A DNA stretch of 64,000 nt from Chrysomallon squamiferum (lineage: Eukaryota > Animalia > Mollusca), in the NCBI GenBank assembly GCA_012295275.1, contig CM022673.1:22692001-22756000 (forward strand). Reading direction: 5' to 3'. The notes under the pieces are model-generated. The model did not search any database, had not been told where the DNA came from, and saw nothing but the letters and a program-made list of their open reading frames with translations. The position numbers were made by a program, and so were the translations under genes. Below, piece after piece: positions 41,146 to 53,500 of the stretch; positions within the stretch are counted from its first letter, which is position 1; every line of letters begins with the position of its first letter.

Positions 41146-41892
41146 TCTATAATGAACACTTTCAAATAAACAAAAGAGTAAAAGTGAACTTTATAGTTTT
41201 ATATGACAGGCAGTTATTTTTCGAACGCTGTAAACACAGCTATTAGTATTCACACGATTTGCCTGCAACTCAATGAAAACTTTTCTTTTTTTAACTATTT
41301 CTACCACATTATTTTTTATCTTTGTATATAATTCGCCTCCTGTTCGGCCCGCTCTACCAGTAGGGCTGCAAGTTGATTGATTATGTCTACTGCTCTTAAA
41401 ATCCAAACAGCTATTTCCTCCACAGTAAAACTGAGATAAAAAGAACAACGAACAAGAAAGAGTAAAACCTCAAAACGGAACTGTTCCATGAAATAATTAA
41501 ATATATCAAGATTAAACTAGTGGTCCCTGTTGCGGTTTCACTGCAGCCTCCGCAGATTTGATTGTGAAACTATTTTTTTTTTTTTTTATTATTATTATTT
41601 TTTTATTATTTTAATAAACGTTTACCAATTTTTATTTTTATTTTATTATTTTTTTATTTTTAGTTTACTCTTGCTGGAATAGCGTGAAATGTAAACGAAT
41701 TTTGCTTATTTTCGATAAGATAAGAAAATTAGAGAAATTGTTTTCTTTGATATAAATTCTTTTTTCACCACAATATTTTCAATCGTTTAGATCTAAAGTG
41801 ATCCTCAAATATGTGAGAGATTTAAAAACAGAAGATTACTGGACATAGTTAGCCTTTTTATAGAGTAGACTGACAGAGATATGTACACGACC

Positions 41893-41894
<2 letters not shown>

Positions 41895-41948
<54 letters not shown>
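41895..41948. repeat. (CT)n microsatellite
   Basis: Perfect CT run. It is one of many microsatellites; others include (GT)n 829-870, (AAT)n 1368-1420, (ATT)n 40250-40303, (AAT)n 61988-62046 and poly-T 36174-36211. Confidence 0.95.
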
Positions 41949-41951
<3 letters not shown>

Positions 41952-42085
41952 AGCGACAAAATAAATAAATATTACTCTTCATACGTTCATTCCATATGAA
42001 AACTAGATAAAAATAATAAAACGATACAATAACTTTAAATAGTAAATACAATCTGAACAAAATCAAAATTACTTTACTATTACTC

Positions 42086-42746
42086 TAATTGTTCTCTTTA
42101 TTTTACTTTAATTTTTAAATGTTGTCATGCTTTATTTATTTATTTATTTATGAATATAGCTATTACTGTTAACAAATTTTTCTTTTGATTTCAGTTTTCT
42201 GAAGAATGGTACGGTATCATTTACGGGCAAATAAATGGCACTATTTATATATTTATTTTTCGTTTATCAGGATTTTTATCATAAACTACATGCACTCTTT
42301 GATATATATCAAATACTCGAACCTTTTTTTTTGTCGTCAGAGCTATTTTTTAGCTTAAAAATTAATGAGATTTGTTAAGCAGATTTGTCCATGTGGTATT
42401 TTACATCGTAAATGTTTTTGGCTTAAAGAATGGTTTGTCGAGGTCAGTATTTTTTTCACTTAACACATTATTAAATAAAATATTACTAATAAATCTTCAT
42501 CTCAATAACCTGTAAGTGTCACGAAATTCAGCTTCTGGAAATACGATTACCTTGATGACCTTATTTCACATGAGTAATCTTTTAATAATAATATTAATAA
42601 CAGCAACAACAAAAATATACAGTAAGAATAATAACAACAACAATAATAATTTTAGCCAGTTATATAATCTACTGAAAATGAATAAACAGAAGTAATATAA
42701 TTGTTCTCTTTATTTTACTTTAATTTTTAAATCTTGTTGTCATGCT

Positions 42747-42778
<32 letters not shown>

Positions 42779-43338
42779 TGATTTATGAATATAGCTATTA
42801 CAGTTAACAAATTCTTCTTTTGATTTCAGTTTTCTGAAGAATGACATGGGTATCATTTACGGGCAAATAAATGGCACTGTTTATTTATTTATTTTTCGTT
42901 TATCAGGATTTGTATCATAAACTACATGCACTCTTTGATATATATCAAATGTTCGAACCTTTTTGTTGTCGTCAGAGCTATTTTTTAGCTTAAAAATTTA
43001 TGAGATTTGTTAAGCAGATTTGTCCATGTGTTATTTTACATCGTAAATGTTTTTGGCTGAAAGAATGGATTGACGAGGTCAGTATTTTTTTCACTTAACA
43101 TATTATTAAATAAAATATTACTAATAAATCTTCATCTCAATAACCTGTAAGTGTCACGAAATTCAGCTTCTGAAAATACGATTACCTTGATGACCTTGTT
43201 TCACGTTAGTAATCTTTTAATAATAATAATATTAATAACAGCAACAACAAAAATATACAGTAAGAATAACAACAACAACAACAATAATAATTTTAGCCAG
43301 TTATATAATCTACTGAAAATGAATAAACAGAAGTAATA
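42086..43338. repeat. Direct tandem duplication of about 610-640 bp upstream of the protease gene
   Basis: Copy 1 at 42086-42697 and copy 2 at 42698-43338 both begin taattgttctctttattttac and end ctactgaaaatgaataaacagaagtaata. They differ by scattered substitutions and microsatellite length. Confidence 0.95.
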
Positions 43339-43678
43339 TAATAATACAAAAAAAAAAAAAAAAAAAAAAAATGTTTAGTACTGGAGTAAGCAAGAAACAG
43401 AACATTCAATGACTTTATAGAAATAAGTAATGTTTCACGACAGTATGTTGTATTTCTTGATATTTTGTCAGTTCTGCATGATTAATGAAACGACAAATAA
43501 AAAAGCATGCCGATGAGAGTTTGTATAATTGTAATAATTAGTTATTTTATATTACTGTACTAACTGTAGCCATGTGAACATAACATGTTATAAATTATTA
43601 TTGCAGTCGTTAATCGTTTCAAGTTTGATTGGATTGTCTATCATAAAAATATCAGAAATTGCAGACGATGGTTGTCTA

Positions 43679-43722
43679 TATATAAAAACATCAGATTCAG
43701 ATTGGCAGCATTTAACAGTTTC
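43679..43722 (+). promoter_or_regulatory. TATA box and probable initiator of the serine protease gene
   Basis: TATATAAAAA at about 43679-43688, an Inr-like acagtt about 30 bp downstream, and the ATG at 43739. Confidence 0.6.
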
Positions 43723-43738
43723 GCTGGAAGAGGTAGTC

Positions 43739-45932
43739 ATGTTTTTATTATTGCTTGCTTTCTTTGCTATTGGCGGTAAGTGTCTTCATCTCATTATTTC
43801 TTCTCAGATGTTTTTTTTGTTTTTGTTTTGTTTTTTTCCTGTTTAACAATTTAGGGGATGAAAACAATCTTTGACACCTCACTTCTGAAGAAGATAATTA
43901 TGATGATAAACATAATGATAATAAGATTATTGTTATTATTATTTATTTTATTTTATTTATTTATTATTATTATTTGGTAATGATTATTGTTATTCGATAA
44001 ATTACTGTTATATCTCAGGGTCATCTACTGGTGCGCCTGACAGTCGTGTTATTGGCGGCTCTGACGCAGACATTGCTGACTTTCCATACCAGTGTTCTCT
44101 GCGCTACTCGGGAAGTCACACATGTGGCTGTTCAGTCCTATCCAGCAGAAAGATCCTCACAGCCGCACATTGCATCGATGGACGAGCGTGAGTTTTACAG
44201 AATGTTACCTTCCCATTTGGCTTTTCCTCGACTAAACTAATCACACTTGCAGCTTTTGTATTACATCTTCAAAACGACAACAGCAACACAAACAGCCGTA
44301 ATAGTAGAAGTAATAATAATATATTTCAGACTTATTCAAAACACACATACATAGTCTCATAGGCATCGCATAGTTAAATTCATAGAAAATACTCTACGTA
44401 ATAAAAAAAAAAAAAAAAAAAAAAATACACAAATTGGATCTACAGTTGTTGAAAAACTAATAACGTTTATTTGCTTTCTGCTAGAGATTCTGGTTTTTCT
44501 GTGTTAGCTGGAGTAACAGATCGTACAGAAGGTCGTGCTATACCAATTGCTAGTTCTCGTATGGTAAGTAAATATTTCTTCAGTCATTCTGTTATTTCTA
44601 ATTATTTTGAATGGAATATTTTGTCTTTAATAAAATTATTTCAGCATCCTGATTACAACACTGGTGTTTACACGTTTTACAATGATGTGGCCACAGTTAT
44701 ACTGACAGAAGATTTAGATTTGAATCATCCTAATATTGCTGTGGCTGAACTGGCTGAATCCAATGATGGAGACTTTTCAAATGTAGAATGTACACTGACT
44801 GGTTGGGGAAGAGTGGACTGTAAGTACTTTCCAGATTTTGTGTTAATATAAGAGAAAAGCAACAAAAGAAAGCCAGAAATGTAAGAACAAAAGATGAAAA
44901 ATCTTAAATATTTTGACCATCTCAAAAAATATTAATAATTTAATAATCTTAAAATATAGAATATATTGATAAAATAATAACGACAACTACAATAATAATA
45001 ATAATAATAATAATAATATATCAGTAAAACTAAAATTACCTCAGTTGTTTGAGAGAGAGAAAGAGAGAGAAACTTTTTCTACAGAATTCATGTTTTTGTC
45101 ATCTTGGTAGCTTCGAACACATTACCTGAAATACTACAGAAAACTAAGCTTAAAGCCATTTCTGTTGATTCTTGTCAAAATTACATGAATTCCATGTCAG
45201 GAAAAATTGGACCAGGACACATTTGTTTCTATGGTTACGGCACTGGAGTTTGCAATGTAAGCAAATTCATGAAATTATTGAAACAATAAATACTATAACA
45301 TACATTTATTCTTCATTTCTATCAGTTAGGTATTTGATACCATTATGCCATTATTAAATTTGCACCTTCTAAATAAGCATATATTTCAGTTTATTGTTTC
45401 TTCTAATGTAGAAAATTGTATACCATTTAATTTTTTTGTAACATTTTTATGTTATTAAGAATAGTTGTAAAATGTGAATGAAGATCACTTTTAATTACTA
45501 TCATTTATAAGAATAACACATATGAGTATATGTCTCATTGTCTGTATTAAACTCTCAACAGTTAGCTGAAGCTGACTTCTTAAATCACAGTCAAACTGCT
45601 AAATCATTTTTTTGACATTGCTATGTGAAGACTGAACAGCTAAGCTCAAGAAGATTTAACAACTACATTCAGGTCCATACACAGACACATGTAAATGTAT
45701 GTTCATTTTACATCTAATACTTACATCTGTTATGAATTTACAACTAAACTTAAATTTCTCTGAGATTTTTATGTGTACCTATTTTCAGGGTGACTCAGGT
45801 GGACCAGCAAACTGTAATAACAAAATTGTGGGTGTGGCTTCATGGGTGGTCTCTTCCAGTGGAAGCTGCATGACCTCCTATCCCAGCGTTTATGCCAGAG
45901 TCAGTCAGTATTATGATTGGATAACCCAATAA
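43739..45932 (+). CDS. Secreted S1A serine protease, chymotrypsin/elastase-type, similar to earthworm fibrinolytic enzyme; about 249 aa, 6 exons
   Basis: Exons 43739-43775 (signal MFLLLLAFFAIG), 44019-44187 (activation site R|VIGG, LTAAHC), 44485-44563, 44645-44819 (NDVA, LTGWG), 45111-45256, 45789-45932 (GDSGGP, VASWVVSS, YPSVYARV). The catalytic triad is intact, the residue-189 equivalent is Gly (TGVCNGDSGGP), and AATAAA lies at 45984-45989. Confidence 0.95.
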
Positions 45933-46781
45933 CAACAGTTACACTAATCAGTAACTAATTTTACAATAACTTAAAAGTGAATGAATAAATATTAATTTAA
46001 ACATCATTTTATATCTGGAGTTCTACTTCATATTGATATTGATCATTGCAAAAATACTGAACACTTCAAACCAAAGTTAAAATAAACTAAATTAAACTAA
46101 TATAAATAAGTTCACAAACTCATTTTCCCTGTAAAAATTAATAATTAAACTCAGTCAGCAATAATAGTTTCATTTGCACCATGGAACTAGCTTAATTTAT
46201 CTAATTTATTAAATAATTATGATATTATTTAAAAAGAGTTTTTTCAAAATATAAATATGAAAGAGAAACTTAATCTTTTGAAAATAAACTCTTTAGAAAG
46301 AAGATCTTGAAATTTTTTTAAAAATTAAATAAATAAAACTAAAATAAAAAGAAATAAATGAAAAGAACTTATGAAAAGAAAAGAAAAAAAAAGGCATTAA
46401 AAATACACCAAATACCTCAAGAAAGAAATGTCATTACAGTAATATTTAAAAACAATGTATATTTTAAACTTAAAATTAACCATATCTACAACTACTGCAA
46501 GTCATTTTTCATACAGTACTCATGTGGAAATAATAAATAAATAAATAAACTTTTAAAAGACATTAGTAATACTGGAACACAGAATTAATAATGGGCACAA
46601 AGTCTGTTAATTACATTTTTCATTACAGAGAAAAAACTAATACAAGAAATTTATTAATTATTCTCTTTTGTGAAATATTTATTAGTAACATTATTTCATA
46701 ACTGCATTTATAAAATTATTCCAAGGATAGATGCATTTACATTATATTATATTTCTTTTGTTATCTGTTATGACACGTATT

Positions 46782-49700
46782 TCATATATTACTCAGAAAA
46801 TGTCTTTTGAAGTCTGATGAACTCTGAAATAATAATTAAAACAAATAAAAAATAAAAAATATTAGCAGTTGCACATTTATTGTCATTTCAATATAACAAA
46901 TCTTTGGTACGTTATCAAACTTATTCTGAAAGTTTTCAAAGTAATGCAATAATGGCATCATATCATTGTAATGTATGTTTTGGAAGTGCTTTTTGTCATA
47001 TGTTATTTTTATTAGTCTTATTATTTTTGATGTGCTTTGTTTCTGCTCATGTCATACTTTTAGAAAGTAATTATTCACATTCAGAATTTTTCCTTACCTC
47101 CACAACTTTAGGATCTCCAAACAATCTGGCATTTTGTTCATAGAAACCTTTATCTGTTAACACAGAATCTGAAATAGAATTGTCATTTGTTGTATAACTT
47201 AAATTTCTTTATTTCACAGTTTTTTCATCACATAATGTATATATTTTTTTGTCATGAAGTATAATTTAATTTTTCAGTTAGATCATCTTTTTGATTACAC
47301 ATAATTAATTTTCTTTTGTCATGACATCATTTAATACACTGTCAATTGCAAGAAATAGGATTATATTAATTGAATGTTTAATCATCTATCTTGGAAAAAA
47401 TTATCAAAATATTCAGTCAGTATGTTTAGGTAAGTCATATAGATATGTGCATTAAACTGAAAATAACCACATTCCCTGCTGCTGTATGAAAACAAAATTA
47501 TGATCCATTACTGTCAAATTATATTAACAAAGTAAGTAATAATAATAATAATAATAATAATAATTTTCTATATCTTTAATAGTAATTTATAATATTTATT
47601 TTCTTTTTTCTTTACCTGAGTGTTCATCCATGTTGTAATGGGCACCAAGTAAATATTTGTTTGTTTGTTTATGTAAATAAACTTGTTCAATATAGTTGTG
47701 TGGTTCTTTGTCAGGCAGATATATGTTGTATATACGTACCTACAGAATAACAACATGTAAAAAAAACATAAACACAAAATATATGTAAGTATACTTTGTG
47801 TGATAGTGCAAAAATTTATAAAATTACTTTAAAAAAAATAATAGTAAAAATAAACTGATAAAGATGTGACACTTTATTTAATGGTCTAGAATAAAAAAAT
47901 CGTATTGAAACACACATTTTTACTTACTTCATCTAGTTCACCTTTGAAAAATTTTGTGCCATCATAGCCAATGTTTAATGTTTCATTTTCATGCTAAAGA
48001 GAATAAAATAAGTTTAAAAAATAAAAGTTAGAAATAAAATGGTGTATTTATGAGAGTGTATGTGTAGGTACAACGAATAAGAAATATAAATAATATACAG
48101 CTGTACATTATAAATAATCCTCCCCATGAGTTGAAAACAAAGGCAATAATAATGATAATAATAGCAGTAGTAGTAGTAGAAACAACAACAATAATAATAT
48201 CTAAGAATGTGGAGTGATTTAATCTTAGAACAGTGAAAATGCCAATTAAGAAAACATCTGGTCCCAATTATCTTTTTAGCTATCAAAGAACTTTTGTCAG
48301 TGACATGATACACTTGCAGAGGGATGGATGGTGGTCAACAAATCATAGTGGAATTAATTACAGCATATTTTTTACACTAGTATCAAGTAAGATTTATATC
48401 TGTGATAGTATCATGTAATAAACTTAAAGTAATGTTGCATGAAAATATAAATAAGATAAATGTTTCAAATCTTATGTTCATCTCAAACAGACAAACATAT
48501 TCAAATACATAATAAATTGTGCTGTACTCATTCAAAGGAGTGAGAGTCAAAGACTGTTAAACAAACAGTGGTACAATCATTTTATGTCAGTCTGTATGCT
48601 GCATATTTGGAAACTGAATCAAGACAAAAATGACTGTTTTATAACATAATAAAGAAAAACAATCACTTGCATGTTTATACATCTTTCATAGAAGTCTATG
48701 TAATAATTGTCAGTAGTCTGTTACTTAGGAAATGTACATCAAAAATAATTCCAGATCCAGATTTAGCTGCACCCTTTCTAAATATTGCCCAAGGTGGCAG
48801 CAGAAGAAATAGCACTAATGGTAATGATGATGATGATTAAAAATAATAAGAATAACAACAACAACATTTTAGTTGTGCATAAGTTCACCTCACCTCCTTG
48901 CTGATGCAGAGAGGAATTAAAGCATGGTAGGCCACGTTTTCAGCTAATGGGACTCGCACAACAAAAACATGAAACTATCAGGATAAAAAATATAAACAAA
49001 AATGAAAGCCTGCTGTGGAACACGACTACTACCATGAAAAGAGTCTAATACCAAGCAGACTTACATGTTATGGAGAAATGCTAAAAGTACAAGTGGAGAG
49101 TATGTGGAAGGAAACAAACTTGCAAATGTATGAAGAGACAGTAAAACGAGATTCACTGATGCTGGAGAACATCAAGAAAGAAATCTCAGACAAGATCACA
49201 CCTGAGGAAAATGAACAATTCATTTCTGAAAGGAATGAAGCGGGAACTTAGAAAAGAATGGACAAACTGAAACAGTTGAATATTACATAACAGGAAGTAC
49301 AGGAAGAAGGTGAAGAGAATGGAATAAATCTTTAAGAGAGGAAATATTCAAAAATTGTAAGAACCAAAACCAAGAAATGAAAAACAGACCAGATTCCAAA
49401 GATCAGGAAAAAAAAAAAAAAAGGATTTAATCCAACTAGCAATCAAGATACTTGCAGAAATCAAGAGCAACTGGATATAAGTAGTAAACCAGCTGGCCTC
49501 TGCGCAGCTGCAGTTAGATTACAGAAAAAGAAAGTGACATTAAACAAAAATGAGAAGAAGAGAAAGAAAAAACAACCAAAATGGAAAGAGAAACTTGAGA
49601 AAAACATCAGAAACAAGAGCAGTGACTTATTAACGCTGACTGAATTGTCAAATGGAGCATGAAGCTAATATAAACAAAGTAAGAAAAGTAAGAAAAGACA

Positions 49701-52700
49701 AATGAAAAAGAGATATAGTATTAAGAAAGGTGATAAAATCCCAGCAGTCAAAAGGAGCTGAAACAGCAAGCCAAACCACAAAGAATCAGAAGAAATTATA
49801 AAAGAAGTAAACAGTTCAGTCAGAAAAATATGTTTAGAGAGAAGAATTCTGGTCCAAAATATGGGAAAATGAAAAACATTACAACGAAGTAGCAGAGTGG
49901 ATAAAGCTACAAGAACTAAATAATGATCAACAGAACAGAAATGGCAGGATATCAATAAGGAAGATGTTAACACGTGCTAGTAACTGGAAAAGTCTCCAGC
50001 TTTTGATTAAAAATATAGATGAGTCACAGATCACACAAACATGGTTCAAAACCCAGCGAAGAGCCAGTACTGGTTAATATAATGACTCACCTTCCTGCTA
50101 ACAAGACATTAACACCAGGAATCCAAAGAACTACAGTTACAGATGCAAAGATCACCTAATCATAAACAAGATGATCATGGAGGAGGCTAGAACCAGAGGG
50201 AAGGAACCTAAGTACTGCATGGAACACCTATCGTAAAGCATTTGATAGCATCCCACAGATCTAGATTCTAAAAGCCATAGAAAGTTACCCACACATGCCC
50301 AGTAAACACCACTGCTCTTTGGATTGCACTCTGCTCCACTCGGTAATGTTCTTAACACAAATTATGACTATAAAATCAGAGGATAGAGAATCAATCACAT
50401 GGCCTATAGGATAATCTGAAAAATAGGAAAGGTTAACAGAAATGGAATTTGGTCTGGACAAATGTGTCAACTGAAGAAGCTTATGCATGGTCAGTATCCT
50501 ACAAGAATGAACAAACATGCATACAGGAGAAGACTCACATGTAGTTGAGGAGTGTCAGACTCAACCCAGGCATAGAATTTCAGGAGATTATCAATGACAT
50601 CGTCTCTAAATGCTGCATAAGAAGAACAACAATGCCAGTTGTAATTGGGGCATATTTGGTAATAAGCAAGGGCCTGGAAAACACCAAGAAAATCTGGGGC
50701 CATGTCTCCATAGCAGAACTACAAAATTTCCCTCTCCTACAAATAAAGCTTGGTTTTCTGTAGTCACAGGTTGGTCAACAAACATGTAATAATAATAATA
50801 ATAATAAAGAGTTAAATGAGAAAACAAATTATACCATTAGGATGAGATTGTTAACAAATATATTTGCTTGTAATCCTGATGTACTTTTATCTAGAATTAC
50901 TTCTAGTTTTCTCTCTGAAAAACAGTAAACAGTGATTATTAAAATTAATTTGAAAAACAACATTTAGTTAATTTAAATTCTGCCACTAAAATCAATTATT
51001 AACCATTGTAATGTGGTAGTTTATTAACTGTTTCTTGTCACTCATTTCAGCCAAAATAAAATTACTTGATAATATACTAAATTGATTGTTACCCTGTCAT
51101 TACTTAAAACTGTTCTTAATTTAACATTATTAATTTGTTATAAACTTTAAAATAAAGTGATTAGAACTTCAACCAAATTTCTTGTTGCCTCATTATATTT
51201 TTCATTGCTCAGGTATTCTTCATGACTTAAACTACAAATATAATTTAATTAAAATTTTTTTGAAACAATTAATTTAAAAGATAAATACCATAAAACAAAT
51301 TCTTCTCTCTGAACATATAAGAAAAAAGGATTCAAAAACCACTGTACATACAAACCTTGTGCATTGTATCTCATCGCTATATATGTCCATTTGTCATATG
51401 TTGTAACTGTACTTCCTACAGTCAATTTGCCAGGAATCTGTCCTTTCAGTACTCCATGGTCAACAAACATACACCAGGTTGAACCGTTAGTACAAATAAT
51501 AGGATATCTTTCTGATCTGTGCTCACGTGGTAATTTGATCAGAGCTTCGAATGTGAAACTTAAATAACAAACAATAAACATCAGATCAAAGTGTAGGAGC
51601 CTTTATATTTTTTCTTCAACTTCTTCTTTTTCTTTTTGTTTGTATTAGTATGTTCTCTATATATTTAAAAAAAAAAAATTATCATTAGGTATGTGTTTGA
51701 ATATCACCTGTACTCAGAGAAAACAAAAATATGAATAACTGTTATTACAAAACTATTGTTAATACCTGTCCTCTATTCCTAATTGGTAAAATGTTCCAAT
51801 CTCACCATAGTCGTTAACTCCATCCATCTTCAAAGCATAGTTTAATCTAGAAACAGTGAAAATAAATATTTAAAACAATATATACTAACAAAAAAGGGAA
51901 TTGTTTTCAATAAAATGTATAAAAAATAAAAACAATATTTATTTATTAATAATACAACATTTACAAATATACATCTGTACCTATTTTTACACTCATATCT
52001 GAGATCTGACCAAATTACAGAACTCTGATCAAAAGCAAAAACTCCCAAGCGTCCACCAAGAATACTTGAGTCATACACAGGTCCTGAGTCAACCACAACA
52101 CTCTGTTTGTCTTTAATGATTAACCTAGAACAAAATAAGGACATGCTTTTAAAATGTATCAAAAACAAAAATACTCTGTTTAATGTATGATGTTACAAAA
52201 ATCAACTTAAATATTGGTCTTGAGGTTTACATCCTAGCTATTAATAAAAAATGATACAATATCACGTTTGTCAGGTATATTTGCTTTCACTTTGCTGCTA
52301 CAATATCAATAAATAAATAACTGTTGAAAAATAAAAGAAACAAAGAAACAAACAAACAAACAAATAAATAATTAAATAAACAAATAAAATGAATTAATGA
52401 ACAGATAAATAACAGATTATTGAGAAATGCAATTTACCTCATATACCCTATTGATGGACGATGTAATATGTGCCATCTGTAGGCCTTTTTACATTCAAAC
52501 CCTTTCAAATTTGGATCATGCCAGATGGTCTTTGAGAAGTCACTTACAGATGAAGTTGTATACATCTGTTTAAAGTCATAACCTGGGAATTTATTTGTAT
52601 CTATCAACTAAAAAAAAGTACATTTTTTGAAATGTATAAACAAACACATTCAGAAAACTGTATGTGTTCTGCATATTTCAGTATCAAATATTACATTAAC

Positions 52701-53464
52701 ATGTCTGAAATATTCTTTGTGTATTGATTATAATAGTTTTATTGTAAACAGTATGTTATATTTGATTAATGTTATAATTATTTTGTGTTATATAACTAAA
52801 AATCTACAAATTTTAATCTTTTATTTCAGCTAAATTATCATTATGAATAAAATAGCTTTTTAAAAATAGTTTAAATATAATGATGCAAAAATACTTTAGC
52901 TAACCTTAATGTGTGGTCCTTTCATTCCACCATAAAATTCTAAGCTGTTATATTGGTGATTCCACAAAACAAGATAAAATTTTGAGGTTGATTGATAAGC
53001 AAAAATAAATCCCACAAATCCAACACAAGAGTCACTTCTTACAAATGTTGTTCCATGGAAATCCATGTCACTTAAGTGCTGATCTCCTGTTAATATCAGA
53101 TTCAGACTGTCTTAGACATTATGAAATAAAAAAAATTAGCTAAACAAGAATGTGTTTCCTGAAATTAGTTTTAAAATTAAAAGACAAAGGTACAGGATTT
53201 CAGTAAAGATATTGCAGTGGACATAATTTTTGATGAAATGAATTTGATTATAAAAAATAAACTTTGAAAATAATAACAGAAATGTATGGATATGTCCTGA
53301 TTGACCTGATGTAGAACTAAGTTCCTATCTTTATTTAATTTCTTGGATGGCTATATTCAATTTTATATATACTTTACATCAACCAAAATGATAATAATAA
53401 TATTTCTAGTATTTCTGATATTACAATTCTGCAACTATTACTACTACTGGTACTGCTACTACTG

Positions 53465-53500
<36 letters not shown>

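Noticed and set aside
46810-46835. ctgatga...gaaa as a hammerhead ribozyme core
   Set aside because: No pairing stems II/III. The string is the reverse complement of the acceptor and first codons of the last thrombospondin exon.
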